Positions 22,401 through 36,643 are shown, counted from the whole stretch's first letter. The stretch: DNA of 54,784 bases, filler included, from Jimgerdemannia flammicorona (GCA_003990765.1; 3 parts of 3 records of this genome joined end to end with filler, not necessarily neighbours in it); one strand, 5' to 3'. Program-made: numbers and translations. The notes: generated by a model not told the origin, from the sequence alone.

Positions 22401-23881
22401 CACGCTAGGACCTCGATTTCGCGAGCACGATGGTGCAAAACCTCAACATCATCCTCATCACGTCGCCGGAGTTGTCAGATCTGCGCAAGAGGCTGAAGAA
22501 CCTGGACACCAAGGTTCGTGTGCAGGGCGTTGGTTTGGTTCGGGCATATATTGACTTGTGTTTATCATTCGACATTGGCTATTCGAAACGATAACTGAAG
22601 TGTGAATGTCAACGCATCGATCAGGACGGCCAGATGCTCTTCACGGCCCTCTACCGCTCGTGGTGCCACAACGCTGTTGCCACATTCGCGCTGTGCCTGC
22701 TTGCGCAGGCGTACGAGCACGCGTCGAATTTGCTGCAGACGTTGTGAGTATGGGGGTTTTGAAGAGGGTTGGTAGTGAGGACTTGATTGAACATAAATGG
22801 CTCATTGATAGTAATTATCACAATTTAATTTTGTTTCGTCTTTATCCAGCGCGGAACTCGATATCACCGTGAATTTCTTGATCCAGATTGACAAGTTAGT
22901 GCAGTTGTTAGAGTCGCCTGTGTTTACGTGTAAGTGCGCAAGGCCGTGGCGTTTTCGTTTCAATATCCCGTGTTGGTGCTGACTTTTGGATATAAGCGCC
23001 ATTTCGTTAACGGGAATATCTATTTCTATTTTCGTCACATTGCCAGACCTGCGTCTCCAGCTTCTCGAGCCGGAAAAATACCCCTTCCTTTTCAAATGTC
23101 TCTACGGCATCCTCATGCTACTCCCACAATCGAGCGCCTTCGCGACGCTACGTAACCGCCTCAACAGTGTGTCGTCGTTGGGATTCTTGCACATCATGCC
23201 CAAGAGGTTCGTTTGGCGTTTTGCATATGGATAGAATGGCCAATGTTAAGAGTGCTTTGAGTTAACATTCATGTTGTTTTTACCCGTCCGCAGCACGACA
23301 CCGGTGCCGGCGCAAGAGACAGCGTCCAAGCGACCTCTCGGCGTCGGCAAGACAAGCCTCGCGGCGCCCAAACAGCAGGAGGAGGTTGTAGCCATCAAGT
23401 TCCATGACCTGTTGGCGCACTTCAGGGCCGTGCAAGCGAAGCATGAGAAGGCGAGGAGACAAAGTAGGTGTCGCTTCCGTTATAGATATTCACCTTCTAC
23501 AATGGGTTTTCATAGAGTATTTTGATTTAGTTTTATATCAAGAAAATGGAATCATGAATCCTACTTACCTACCTTTTCGCAGCCCTCCAATCCCTCACCC
23601 GGAGCAACCGGCCGCGCCATCCGCGCCGCGGTCCGGGCAACCTTTCCTCCAGTACGTCCATGTCCAAACTCCCGCCAGGGGTGGCGAACCTCGACCGATC
23701 CAATTCCTCAAACTCCTCCAATTCCGCTTCCCTATCATCATCCATGGTCGGCGGCAACTCGTCGGGCGTCGCCGGCGGAACAACCCTCGCCGGTGTTGCT
23801 GCGGGGAGGTCCGCTAGCCCGGCTGCCGGACCTGTCAGGGTCTCCAGTCAGAGGAGGAATGTGGGCGGGAGGAAGGGGTAG
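19422..23881 (+). CDS. VAC14: Vac14, scaffold of the PI(3,5)P2 (Fab1/Fig4) complex; about 12 exons
   Basis: [106 protein letters not shown] introns; TAG at 23879-23881. Confidence 0.96.
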
Positions 23882-25574
23882 GTGAAAGTTGTCAATGAGG
23901 GTAAACCCGATGGGAGAGAAAGGATGTGGTGGTGGTGGTGGTGTCATTTTGCAGCAATTTTTTCCTCTCCCCCTCCGTAAATTTATTCAGTTAACGCGCC
24001 TTTCATTTCATATTCGTTGCGAGGTTTGGATGTTCACTCAGGCTATTGCCAGATAACAATTTCATCCGTTATTTTCTCGTGTTGCTCCAAACGTTGGTCA
24101 CTGTTTGTGAATAGTGTGTATAGCATCTTGGAAAGGATTGGAATGCCACAAATGACGGCCCGTGGTCCAACTAGCTTCGTTCCTTTTTCTCTTGTTGCTA
24201 CCTGGTCATATTCCGCAATACGTAAGGTTCAAGTAGTTACTAGAAGGAATTGATGTCTAACAGCGGCTTTGACAGCAGCTCTGACAGCAGCCGCAGCCAC
24301 TCCTTCACTCCATCAAACATAAACCTCATAACGCAGCGCCGCGATTAATTATGTCGTTTACTGTTGTGAATTACCGAATAATATTCCAGCATTTTTGACC
24401 ATTTTACATGCCTATCGAAACCGGCGCACACTCTGTCTACACTGGTGCACAGTATCGTATTCTATGCCACGATACATTGAGGATACCATTTAAAAATTTG
24501 TCGAACCTATCAAGAGGATCTTCTGCGGACAGCCAAACGACGGTTCAAGGGTAATGATCATAAAAAGATGTTTAACAATTCAAGGCAAATGAATTTTTAT
24601 TAGCGCACGTTACGGTAACGGATGATTAAGAACTGATACAACCGATTGTAGTAAAGGGTAGACGATTTTCCCATATCACAGAACAGCGCGGGGTCATCCT
24701 CGATGGAATCCTTCTAATGCAATTAGATTTGCTGATAATGTGTCACGATAGAGTTCACGATATCCAAGTGCCAATTTGCCCGTAAAGTCGGCTCATATTA
24801 TGATGCTGCGTTGGGGACCGGTCAACGATCGTTTTCGTCCCATCAACGGTAACACTGTCCGTGTGATTTTACACCGTGACCATATGGTCGATAGGACAAT
24901 CAAGTGTCATACCCTTGGCGGCTGGAATTTTATCAATCGTTTTACATTTTATCCGGTCTATGATCGTCGCAGGAGATGCGGTGATATTTATGACTATCAT
25001 TTTTTTTTTTTTTTCTGATTCATGTTCCAATTCATTACACCAGATGGTGATAACTTGGGTATCGTACTATTTTTGACAGCTGCAATAATTCCTATGTCGT
25101 AAGATGATCGTCGATAGTTCTGAGTATAACTCGTCTATATTTTTGTAATTTAGACTTCAGCGGGAGTATATCCTCCAGCTCAATTTCTTTCTTCCTCGGA
25201 AAATAAATCTTGGGAGTCGGCGAGCGGGAAGGGGTTTTAGCGCATGGAACGTTTCTGCTTTCGGTTTCCGAGGCAATCTTGACGAGAGAGGTTGGAACTC
25301 GCTGGTGGGAGGTTGGTTTATCATTGTATATAGATTCGTTATAACGAAGAAATCCATAGGTACACGACACGAAAGCCAGAATGGATTTCGTCGCATTTTA
25401 ATAATACCTCCCCCCGCCAAAGCTGGTTTATTATTTTAGCACTCTGGCCTCATGGCACCATTGCTTGTCATCCACTACACGCGACACGCAACCCATCGCC
25501 GGTTCGAGCACATTTTTCATCCCTCGACAGCGCCACTAATTCACGCTGAATGCGAACAAAGCGGAGTTAACATA

Positions 25575-25668
25575 AATAAACAAATAAATGAGATTAAATA
25601 AATGATGAGATTAAATAAATGAGATTAAATAAATGAGATTAAATAACGAGATTAAATAGATGAGATAG
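25575..25668. repeat. (AATGAGATTAAATA)n minisatellite
   Basis: About 6 tandem units. Confidence 0.8.
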
Positions 25669-28667
25669 GGGATAGAGGTAGAATATAGAGAGGTATTCCG
25701 TCCTCAAGAAGATATCACCAAGCTTTGCTCGGCTGTTAGTAATGGTTACCTAGTTCCGAACGCGGGGAAACAATTACCTCGGTGTGACCACAACCGTCTG
25801 GTGCACATCCCCCACATTCGTTCCAGAGAAATGGAGAGAGAGGATTGAGGTGGCAACAGAATGTGGAGACAAGAAGGGATCCTTTCGACTTGGTCGACGG
25901 CGCTTGTCTCGTATACGCTTGTTGGCCCGACAATACAAGCCTCAAGTCTCTTCCATGATACATTGAAGAGATTGGTCTTAAGAGCATGGACGGGTATGCT
26001 GGATTGGCTTTTAAAAAGCACATGTATTGAAAGAATTGCAGGTGGCGAAAGCGCCCAAAAGGTTGCCCTCCAAGCCTTATTCAGTGTTTTAGGTTTTTGG
26101 TATCTCAAAGTCCTGACCATCAACAAATAAATTCATTAACCCCGTCAACAAGCATATCGCTCAATAAATGAGCAGTGTCCTATGGTTATCAGTAGCCATT
26201 AATTTATTCCTACTATTATGTATCCCTTCCAGAGGATCTTGTGAAAGGGGTTCCTCAACAGCATGATCTCAGAACAAGGTTGCGCACGGCATGAATGATT
26301 GCCATCGTTTGTTTCGATGGTTCGTTCGCATTTGGCTTTGGTTCTTTTGACGGAGTCCTCACAACTCCATAAAAAAATAAATAAAAAATAAAAAAGTCCT
26401 CACAACTCCACCGCCCCCGCACATTTTCACGCGCCTACCAGCCAGAGTGACGGGATAAACACGAGCCATCCCGATTTTCGGTTTTTCTTGATCCATCAGA
26501 GATATTTTGGCCATCAAAATGATTGGTCGTGCGCGATCGCAATCTCCGACGGGACCTGCTCTGCGACTGCACATCGCCTATTGTAGACGTGGGGTGGGAA
26601 AACCGTCTCGCCATGTTCCTTGTTCCTTGACCCCCTTATCGTTACTCCTCATGCTCCACCTTAGTCGTGTGATCATGGTGGTGGTTCCATTTCATGAGTG
26701 GAGCTTTCTGTTACAGAAGTGTGTTTGAGCCATTGCGTTGGCTAGATGAAATGGCGGCCCTGTCGTTGTGTCGGTATGGCCGTTTAAAAAAGTAATTCGA
26801 TGATTCGTAGGCATGATATTGGATTCAAATATATATGGCCAAAAATCCGCCAGATCCGAAAACCCCCCCGATTCACCCAAACTCCGACGATCTCTCATAA
26901 CACAATTAGGCAGTGCTAATAGGCCAGACCCGGCGCCGCTGGTAACGGCAGCCGCCGGTAACGGCAGATCTGATCGGGTCAATCGATTAGCCGACGCCGG
27001 GAATTTGTTGGTAATAGGTTGGGTCACGAGGGGATGTGAAGGGAACTTTTTCTGGCAGAAATAACCATGTTTAGCATCGGACCGCCGGAAAAGACGTACC
27101 CTGAATCGTAACCTAACCAATTTTCTAGGTCATGTGCTGGTGGTATCCCTAACTGCTAATCGGTCAGTCGTCATGGTCCACGGCGCCGAAGGGCTAAAAA
27201 ACCTCGAGCATATGACTTCGGGCGTAGGTGCGCAGCATGAGCAGGTGGACTACACGCAATAATAATAACTAATAGTTTCGACCATGCAGTGTATAGATCT
27301 GGTAAGATTATCCAACCGTGAGAGGCAAAATCGCACGATCTAAGGTCGATCTTTATCTTATCAACCCTGTGCGATAGACGATAATACTGCAAGCGAGGAT
27401 TATCGCCCAGTCCTTTTTGCGAATATAGCGCATCGTGCACGGACATATGGCCGCTAGCTGGTGCACCGAGGTGTATATACCTAGTGAGTTCGCACCATGG
27501 CAGTCATAATTGCACATCTTCTTTGTGTGACTACCACGTGTTGCGCCTTTTTTCCCCCTCGCCAGTGGTTGCTGCGCAATTACCAAAAATGGACCCAGTG
27601 TGCGAACGGATGTTTAGCGGGTTGATTGGGTAAAATATCTCATGAGCGACGATCCCGTGGCGCACGTGTGGGCAGACGATAAACCAAACCGAGGCATATG
27701 CGCCATGGGATAGGTGTATTCGTCTGTTGGGTCCAAGGTCTGGTCGTATTTTTCGGGTCAAGAGAGGTGGTAGTATGCGGCCAGTTTGGTGGTATTCTGA
27801 AACGAGCAAAGATTCCGCCCACAAGGAATTGATGTTACAAATCCTTCGAAAAATAAAAATTTCTTCAGCATGCTACACCTCGTTTGGATTTGTTTGTTGT
27901 TTGCCTCAAGACCTCGCAATGCGGAAGCATAACCGCGTGGCACCCGTCCCCCGAATATACAGTGTTGCACGATTTAGAGTCCATCACGTCTGGTTCACAA
28001 GAAAAGATGGCGGTGGGTCTGTCGGTCGGGTCTGGACGCGGTACCTGGAACCCTGTTTCTCAGAAAAATAATACTGCCGTCTCCCGACGAAGGCAATAAT
28101 ATCCTGATGTCTCATTCGAACTAGTCATGACCTCATCTACCTTGGACAGGGCAAGCCGTGTTGATGACGGTAGACGGGTTCACTTTTTGCCTGGCGCGGG
28201 GGACCAGATTATCGATTTATTTGGTAAGAGGCAATGGGCTGACTGACAAAGAGCATATTGTCTCGGGCTACTCGCGGTCCCCTTTTTTCGGCCCAGGCAA
28301 TATTAAACAATATGTCAGGCGCTGTCAGAGCCTAACTTTAACGCATGCTGTGGGTGAGCTTACGAGAGATCAACTATGTGGTAGGTGTGTACTAGGTGTA
28401 TGGGGTTTGCGGGTTTTCGGTCGGCCTATCGCAAAAAAGTGCTGGATGGCAATCGCCACCAATCAGGTGAGGGCTGGGGGCGGAGGAGGAGCGGGGATAG
28501 GAAAGAGCCATTATGCAATGATTATGCAAAACGAAGAGCGAACGACACACCAAGTGACTGGCCTTGGTGAATTCCATGACGCTCGCAAGGTACTCTGGTA
28601 GCCAGGGACCGCCAGGGACCGATGATGTATGGCGAAGAGGCAATTGTACCAACTTGCTGACCTGCGT

Positions 28668-28698
<31 letters not shown>

Positions 28699-29258
28699 GA
28701 CTTTCCGGAGTAGTGCGGTTAGTCTTGGAGCTGTGTGTGTCCTGATATGGCTCCACTTGGTCTATCTTGAGATCTGAAAAATGTTTACCCTGAAACGGAT
28801 TCGCAACCCGCCACGGGCTGATACGATGATCAGAAATCAATCAAAAAATTTTCTAGTATATATACCCGCAACCCTTTCCTCCCGTACTTCCAGTTTTGTG
28901 TGCAGTTCTCATCTGACGTTCGAATCAGTACTCCTTTTCTTACCTCCCGAGCTCGGTGCTTCCTTCACCTTCTCTCCATCCTATCCCCTCGCCTCCGGTG
29001 TTATTGATTAATCGCATACTGTTTCGAATGAACCCGTGTGTGTCTTCCCAATAACTTCCAATCCCTCCCCCCCACAACATCGCCATTCAACAAAAATATA
29101 AAAAAAATTTCGGGTCGCTAGATCAGCCCCAGGTTTAGACAGACAACAATCCCCCACTCTTTGTACGGCGACCACGATCTTGCATGACCGCGACCGCGTA
29201 GACCCAGCCCAGTAGACAACAAACCTTTCCCAAGAAATTGCAATCCTTACCTTCAACC

Positions 29259-32107
29259 ATGTCGCACAGCCATTCGGACACAATTGTACCAGACAGTCAA
29301 CCGGACAAGAAGCCAGTTGAGTTTGAGGAGCAGGCTCACCACGAGCATGCCGACGAGATCCCGCCGGAGCTCGAGGTCCTCCTCCATACCGATCCCATGA
29401 AGGGCTTGAACGCCCAAGAGGTTGCCGAACGTCTTGCCAAGTTCGGTCCCAATCAGCTCGCCGAGAAGAAGAGCAACCCTCTCCTCAAGTTCCTTTCCTA
29501 CTTCACCGGTGCCATTGCCTACCTCATCGAGGTCGCCGCCATCATCGCCGGTGTCGTCGAGGACTGGATTGACTTTGGTATCATTCTCGCCCTTCTGCTC
29601 ATCAACGCTTGCATTGGTTTCATCGAGGAGGCTAAGGCCGAATCTGCCCTCGACGCCCTCCGCCAGACGCTCGCCCTCAAGACCCGCTGTTGGCGCGACG
29701 GAGAGCTCAAGGAAATTGACGTCTCTGACCTTGTTCCCGGTGATGTGATCGTCCTTCGTATCGGTGACATTGTCCCCGCTGACGCTCGTCTTCTCGGTAT
29801 TGGTGCCACCGGCGAGGCCACTGAGGGTGACCTCCAGATCGATCAGTCCGCTCTTACCGGCGAATCTCTCCCCGTCTCCAAGAACAAGGGCTCCACCGTC
29901 TACTCTTCCTCCATTGTCAAGCAGGGCCAGCAGCTCGCTGTCGTCACCAAGACCGGTGGCAACACCTTCATTGGTCGCGCCGCCAACCTGATCGCCATTA
30001 CCACTGAAGAGGGTCATTTCCAGAAGATCATCAACAGGATCGGTAACGTCCTGATCTGGTCCACCGTTATCCTTGTCCTCATCATCCTCATCTACCAGCT
30101 CGTCGCCTTCCGCAACACCGCCGATGGTAACTGGAAGAGGGTCCTCGAGAACTGTCTTGTCTTGACTGTCGCCGCCATCCCCGTCGGTCTGCCTACTGTC
30201 ATGTCCGTGACCATGGCCATCGGCGCCAAGCAGCTCGCTGCCAAGCAGGTCATCGTCAAGCGTCTCACCGCCGTTGAGGAAATGGCCTCCGTCTCCATCC
30301 TCTGCTCCGACAAGACCGGCACCCTGACCCTGAACGAGCTGACTTTCGATGAGCCCTACCTCTCCAGCGGCTTCACCTCCGACGACATCCTCCTCTATTC
30401 GTACCTCTGCTCCGAGCCCGGCGCCAATGATCCGATCGAGTCCGCTGTTCGCCGTGCCGCCGAGAGCGACCTCGCCGTCCTCAAGGAACGCAAGGGTCAG
30501 CACGACATTCCCGGCTTCAAGGTCACCTCCTTCCTGCCCTTCAACCCCACCACCAAGATGACTCAGTCTACCGTCGCCAACCTCGAGACCAGCGATGTCT
30601 TCAAGGTCGCCAAGGGTGCCCCCCAGGTTATTATCAAGCTAGTCGGTGGTGACGATGATGCCGTTCGCGCTGTCAACGCTCTCGCTCGCCGTGGTCTCCG
30701 TGCCCTCGGTGTCGCTCGCACTGTCCCCGGTAACCAAGAAAAGTACGAGCTTGTCGGTATGATCTCGCTTCTCGACCCCCCGCGTCCCGATTCTGGTGAG
30801 ACCATCCGCGAATGTAATGCCCTCGGTGTCGACGTCAAGATGGTTACCGGTGATCAGCTCATCATTGCCAAGGAAGTTGCCGGTCGTCTCGGTATGGGCC
30901 GTGTCATCCTCGATGCCAACCACCTCGTCGACCCCAACAAGACCGAGGAGGAGGTCACCGAGCACTGTATCCGCGCTGATGGTTTCGCCCAGGTCATTCC
31001 CGAACACAAGTACCGCGTCGTCGAGCTTCTCCAGAACAAGGGTCTGCTTGTTGGTATGACTGGTGACGGTGTCAACGATGCCCCCGCTCTTAAGAAGGCT
31101 AACGTCGGTATTGCTGTCCACGGCTGCACTGATGCTGCTCGCTCCGCTGCCGATATCGTCCTGCTCGCCCCCGGTCTGTCCACGATCGTCGACGGCATTC
31201 GCACCTCCCGCGCCATCTTCCAACGCCTCCGCTCCTACGCTCTTTACCGTATCACCTCGACCATCCACTTCCTCATTTTCTTCTTCATCATCACCATGGC
31301 CGAAAACTGGAGGATGCCTGCCGTCTTGCTGATTCTCATTTGTGTCCTGAACGATGCTGCCACCCTGGTCATTTCCGTCGACAACACTCAAATCTCTAGC
31401 AGGCCCGACAAGTGGCGCCTCGGCCAGCTCATGTTCTTGTCCTTCCTGTTGGCTATCTGCTTGGCCGCGCTCTCGTTCGCCCACTTCTTCATTGCCCGCG
31501 ATGTTTTCAATGTCAGCGATAACGAGCTGCACACGATCATGTACCTGCACGTCTCCTCTGGTAAGTATCATTATTTCTTTGTTTATTTCTCATGCTGTCC
31601 CAAACAATTCTCGTTCTCGCAAAACCCGACGCTAACGATTCATCCCCCCTTTCCATCATCTCCACAGCCCCCCATTTCGTCATCTTCTCCACCCGTGTCC
31701 CTGGGTATTGCTGGGAGAACCTGCCCTCGTGGATCTTCACTGCCTGCATCATTGGCACCCAGATCGTTGCTCTCTTCTTCTCCGTGTACGGTGTTTTTGG
31801 CCAGGGGGAAGAGGTCGCGCCCATCGGCTACGCCTGGGGCTTCGTTGTCCTTGGTATCTCTCTTGTCTACTTCCTGTTCCTCGACATCATCAAGGTCCAG
31901 ATCTTCAAGTACTGGAACTTCGAGCTCACTGCCAAGCTGGTCCCAACCCCGGCCCGCAAGGCCAAGCTCGCCGCCCGCAAGGCCGAGGCTACCCAGCACG
32001 AGCGCGTCATGGGCAACTGGAAGAAGGCTCAAAAGATCGCCAAGATGTCCGGTGTCATCCTCGCCATGCAGACCGCTGTCGAGGCCAAGAAGAAGACTGT
32101 TGCCTAA
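29259..32107 (+). CDS. PMA1: Plasma-membrane P3A-type H+-ATPase; 2 exons (29259-31560, 31668-32107)
   Basis: DQSALTGESLPV, IPVGLP, CSDKTGTLT, KGAPQ, DPPR, TGDGVNDAPALKKA. Intron GTAAGT...GCTAAC...CACAG restores SSAPHFVIFSTR. Confidence 0.96.
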
Positions 32108-33602
32108 GCAGCGCGTCTTTAGGAGTTTTGATCTTGAAGATCGAGGCTCTATTGTGTGTGTAGACGTTCCCAATGTACATCGTCCATAATAATTTTTCAC
32201 AATCGAACAATCCATCGCATTGCATCGAAGCCGCTCCAGTTTCTCCCTTTTTACATATGGATTTCTCAATGTGCATTAATTTCATCCTCGGTAGTCTTGT
32301 TTCGTTGGATGGGCGGACGACGCGACGGGGCTTAACTTTATTTAGCGGCATAGGATGTGTTTGCATCTCTTGTCTTGGACAGACGACCTCATCTCTCTAG
32401 CTACCTCGTACCATCTCTCGAACAAGCCTTTTGTTCTATTTTTTTTTTTTTCTTCTTTTCTTTTTACTTTTGTACATTCCTTTGGAGTTTGGTGTATGCG
32501 GCGGTGCTTCGTAGTGAAAAATTCTTTATTAATCGACTCATAGAATTCAACAAGGGCTTGGTCCCCTATGCCCTGAATAATAAACCAAGTTAACAAACAA
32601 CCCCTCGTCTCTCTTTTCGGCAAGGAGAACCTCCATTGGAAACGGACTGTGCGAGCACTTATCAGTTAGTAGCACACGGCCTTCGAACTCCGAAAAATTG
32701 GAGTGAACTTTTTGCAGCCCCGCTCATTTCATCAAAACGAGCAAAACGGCACATCGTAGTCATAAAACCGGCGCTAGACCATCTATTCCGGTCTGTCAAA
32801 CAGATGCACAAAAAAAAAAAGGAGATGGAACGATCGTGCAATCGGAGATGGGGACCCCATGTGCCATTTTTGTGTGAGAATTTCTGAGAATAACAAATCG
32901 CGCGCGCGGACGTGAGTGGAGCGGTTGATAGCAAGAACGCGGAGCATCGTGATTGCGTTCGGAACAGCTATCTCATGGACCCGGGTGCGACTGTTGGGTT
33001 TTTCCACGCGGTCAGATCACCGACGACGGATCGCAAAAGTACCGCCTTTTTAACTGTCCTATCGTAGTATATAATTAAGAGTAACCGAGACAACGTGACT
33101 CCCACCGAAATTCGATGACCACGTCACCGGGAGGTCATCCCTCTTGCATTCGCTCATCATGTATGTATTTCATTATTTATTTATTTCGCTGTTCAGAGTA
33201 AAAAGAAAAGAAGTAACTTGCAAACTGGGAAGTGTGATAATGTAACTTTGGCGTCAATGTATAAGTGAAGCCATCTGAAGTTTTCGCACCACTCTTAGGA
33301 ATGATGTGATGTGTAAAAAAGCCTTATCGCGATTCATGGGCCACGGGACAGAATCGTCACTGTTGCAGGTGACTACACCGTGGTAGCTTCTCTCTTTTTT
33401 ACGGTATCATTGCGCAATACCGCCACGCGTGAAACAAAAGAAAGTGAGCATGCGTTAGGATGACCCTGACCGATGGTGTGAAGCCGAACACCACCTCATG
33501 AGCATGGTCATAAATGCGTTTGTCCCTAGTTTCCAGACAATTGCTCTCTTTTCTTTTCTCGAATGCTGTGAATCGTCCCCAAGAAGCAGCAGCACCTCGG
33601 AG

Positions 33603-34643
33603 ATGCTGAACAAATTTCCCTCGGAGCTCCTCTGCGAAATCTTTGCCTCGCCGCGGCTGACCAAATCCGACCTCCTCTCCATCATCCTGGTGAATCGATC
33701 CTGGTTTGTGCTAGCGATCCCAATACTCTGGCGCGACCTTCGCCCGTCCACCGAATGGTGCTACCAGCATATCGTCGGCCTCCTCCAGCTCCGGACGCGC
33801 GATAACCCGTACATGGAGTACCACCGCTACGTGCGGCGCATCTACTTCCGCGAGCAGCCAGGGCACTGGATGGTTCCAAGCCCAATGCGGATCACGCCCG
33901 ACGTTGTGCGGACGGTTGCAGACTACTGCACAAGATTGGAGTCGCTCGATCTGTGGTTTACGTGGTCAAAGCGAGTGCTGGTGGACGCGGGGGGATGGCG
34001 CCACGGAGACCGACAAAACCCCAGGCACGAGTACTTCGACTCGGCCGCGGGGCTGCCGACACAGTTCAGCCCGTGGCTTACATCGCTTACTATCAGTTCC
34101 TTCCGCGCCATTGGCGTGAACGCTTTATTGGTGAGCGTCTTGCCGCATTGTCCGCGGCTGAAGAAGCTGTCGTATTGGAGCCCCGAATACACGAAGGACT
34201 ATGACCAGATCGATGAGCAGACGTTCCGCACAATCACGACGCTGTGCACAAACATTGAGACGCTTCACCTGCGGCGGATCGATCTGATTACGGAGGAAAC
34301 GTTTCGCGGGTTGTCGAATTTGGTGAACCTGCGAAGCCTGGCCGTTCAGTGGACTCGTCGCTCGCGCATCCCTGTGGCGGTATGGGAGGATGTCCTTCGT
34401 CAGTGCAACGGGATCCGGGAGCTCTCCTTCCTCGGCAACCACGGGCTCACCGTGGCCCACATGGATTTGGTCATCGCCACGAAGAACATTGTGAGCTTTG
34501 CATGTGTTCCACTTGAGGAGGAGCAGGTGTCCGCGCTGCTTGATGTCAATTTGGGAAAGCATATAGGCCCTATACCATACGGTGGAGGGGTTAAGAGGTT
34601 GCCAGAATATGAGTTGAGGACCGCGTTGGTTCTATTGGGGTAA
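33603..34643 (+). CDS. F-box / leucine-rich-repeat protein (intronless)
   Basis: N-terminal F-box LNKFPSELLCEIF...LVNRSWFVLAIPILWR, then RNI-like LRRs (CPRLKKL, CTNIETLHL, LVNLRSL). An upstream ATG at 33498 is also possible. Confidence 0.85.
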   Translation: MLNKFPSELLCEIFASPRLTKSDLLSIILVNRSWFVLAIPILWRDLRPSTEWCYQHIVGLLQLRTRDNPYMEYHRYVRRIYFREQPGHWMVPSPMRITPDVVRTVADYCTRLESLDLWFTWSKRVLVDAGGWRHGDRQNPRHEYFDSAAGLPTQFSPWLTSLTISSFRAIGVNALLVSVLPHCPRLKKLSYWSPEYTKDYDQIDEQTFRTITTLCTNIETLHLRRIDLITEETFRGLSNLVNLRSLAVQWTRRSRIPVAVWEDVLRQCNGIRELSFLGNHGLTVAHMDLVIATKNIVSFACVPLEEEQVSALLDVNLGKHIGPIPYGGGVKRLPEYELRTALVLLG

Positions 34644-35225
34644 TGCTAGCAAAGACATTTTATTTTCATTGGCTGACAACGACGATTATTATCGATTTAA
34701 TTTTTAATTTTTATTTTCACTGTCTGTATATACGTTAAGAATTATGGGGAAAGATGTTTTTATAGTAAAAGTAGAACCTGTAATCGTGTACAAATAGCCG
34801 CATTCTGATACCTTTGTAATTAACGACTATGCATCTCTTCGTTTGTACATATGATCCTTGAAGCTTTTTATTATTTTGAATATAAATATACACTTTTTTT
34901 TTTATAAGATTTCATTGGGAAACACTCACGAAAGATGTCAAGCAAGTGACGTTGTGGGAAGCTGACGCAAGGAGGATTAATTTGAAGGAAATCTAGCCAT
35001 GGCATGAGAACAAAAATAGAACAATCGAAGTTTATAATTGCATAAGAGTGTGAGTAACTTGTGGTTGCGAAGAATGACTATGGGTTTCCGTGGCAATGCA
35101 TACATACCTCGTCTCCATCGATTGTTCCATGACAGTCCCAGTGGCGTGGGACGCCACGATGACTATGGAATTTTTCGCGTGTACTTTCGTGTTTCGTATT
35201 TGCGCGTCGCTGTCTCTTCCATACA

Positions 35226-36392
35226 ATGAAACAGTCTACTCTGAAGTACGTCGTCTACACACGCTCTGAGGACATTGAAATTCGCTACTTGCACTCATAC
35301 ATGCCACATTCAACTGCAGCAAATTTTTTACCCTCAAGGATCCTAAGGAACCCCACCATGGGCCCGTCGAAAAGAAGAAGCCAGATCCTGTCCCAGCTGA
35401 ACCTACTGAGCAGGAGCCCGTCGTTGTGAAAGACATCAAAATGGGCGCCGCCATCGAACCTCTTGTAACCGAAGATGCGAAGGAGTCCGATGTCGTAATG
35501 CAGATTGACGATGAGGGGGATGAGGAAGGTCAGACAGAATCAATATTGTCAGCGTGAATCTTCGTTGTAATGATCATTCCAAACATTGGTAACTTACCCG
35601 CATTAATTGACGTAGTCTCGACGAACAAGAAGCTGCGTGATCTCTCGTCTAGGAAGAGGCGTCGCATCGTGCCCGACTCCGACGACGAAGACGAATACGT
35701 CCAAGAGAGGGCGACGAAGCGCGCTGTGAAGGCCGACCCGCCTGCGTCACCGGCGAAGAAGGCAAAGCCGTCTCTGACTCGCAATGTAGAAGAAGAGGTA
35801 GTGGGACCGAAAGCTAAAAGACAAGGCAAGAAAACGGCGCCTAAAAAATCGAACGGAGGAGACAGCCTGCCCGCCAGTCGTAAGCAGAATAAGAGCGGAA
35901 AGGTGAAGGAACCTGAGAAACTGGAACAGAAAAAGGCAGTTACGGATGTGTCGGCTGCTATTGAAAAAGACGAGCGTGCGAGGGAGGAGTCGGCTGATAT
36001 TAAAAAGGAGGAGCGTGCGGAGGGGGAATCGGCTACTATTAAAAAGGAGGAGCGTGCGAAGGAGGAATCGACTACTATTAAAAAGGAGGAGCGTGCGGAA
36101 GACGAGTCGGGGAATGAGAAGCTCAAGGAGGAGATTGAGGAAGCGGAGAAGGAAGAGAGGGAGGAGCAAGAGGAGACGAATGAAGTTCGGGCTGAGGCTG
36201 CCAAGTTGTGGGTATTGATAATGATGCTGTGCTGTTGGGGCTTGTGACAGTCTCCTCTTTTCATTGTAGATGATGGTTCTTATACTGGCGCCAAGTCTTC
36301 TCTTACTAAATTCTACGTCCGTAATCGTAGAGCAATGAAGGTTGACTGGAAGCCGGGATCAGAAGGAACCATGACGTGGAAGGAAGGTGAAA
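35226..36392 (+). CDS. CDC9: DNA ligase I N-terminal exons (partial; cut by the contig gap)
   Basis: Splicing intron 35246-35319 gives MKQSTLNKFF (PIP box). This is followed by a K/E-rich disordered region and ...WKPGSEGTMTWKEGE(K), matching the 'WKxGxKVPY' start of the ligase I DNA-binding domain. Confidence 0.72.
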
Positions 36393-36490
36393 AGTAGGTT
36401 TTTCATAGCTCCTTGTCATGTTGTTTTGAGCGCTTCTCTGTCAAAGACATTCACAATGAACGCTTTTATTGTTATTTACCCCCCCCCCCC

Positions 36491-36590
36491 NNNNNNNNNN
36501 NNNNNNNNNNNNNNNNNNNNNNNNNNNNNNNNNNTTAATTAATTAANNNNNNNNNNNNNNNNNNNNNNNNNNNNNNNNNNNNNNNNNNNN
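36491..36590. other. Artificial contig spacer N44-TTAATTAATTAA-N44
   Basis: Identical in design to the spacer at 18197. Confidence 0.95.
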
Positions 36591-36643
36591 TTTTTTTTTT
36601 CTTCTTCCGACCTTCTGATCTATGCGTGTTTAACTCCATATAG

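Noticed and set aside
27171..27446. TGF-beta-like 'DFASHGWIILP' peptide
   Set aside because: It lacks the cystine-knot cysteines and gene structure; most likely a chance match in intergenic DNA.
24000..29200. Many short ORFs between VAC14 and PMA1
   Set aside because: No domain motifs or codon bias were recognised; treated as long intergenic/promoter DNA, although small exons cannot be excluded.
29253..31571. Long antisense ORFs (416 and 310 aa) over PMA1, and similar ones over VAC14 and CK2-alpha
   Set aside because: These are shadow ORFs caused by strong C-ending codon bias and have no recognisable motifs.
29238..32189. 983-aa ORF as the full H+-ATPase
   Set aside because: It reads through intron 31561-31667 into the wrong frame; the true C-terminus is in the 31592-32107 frame.
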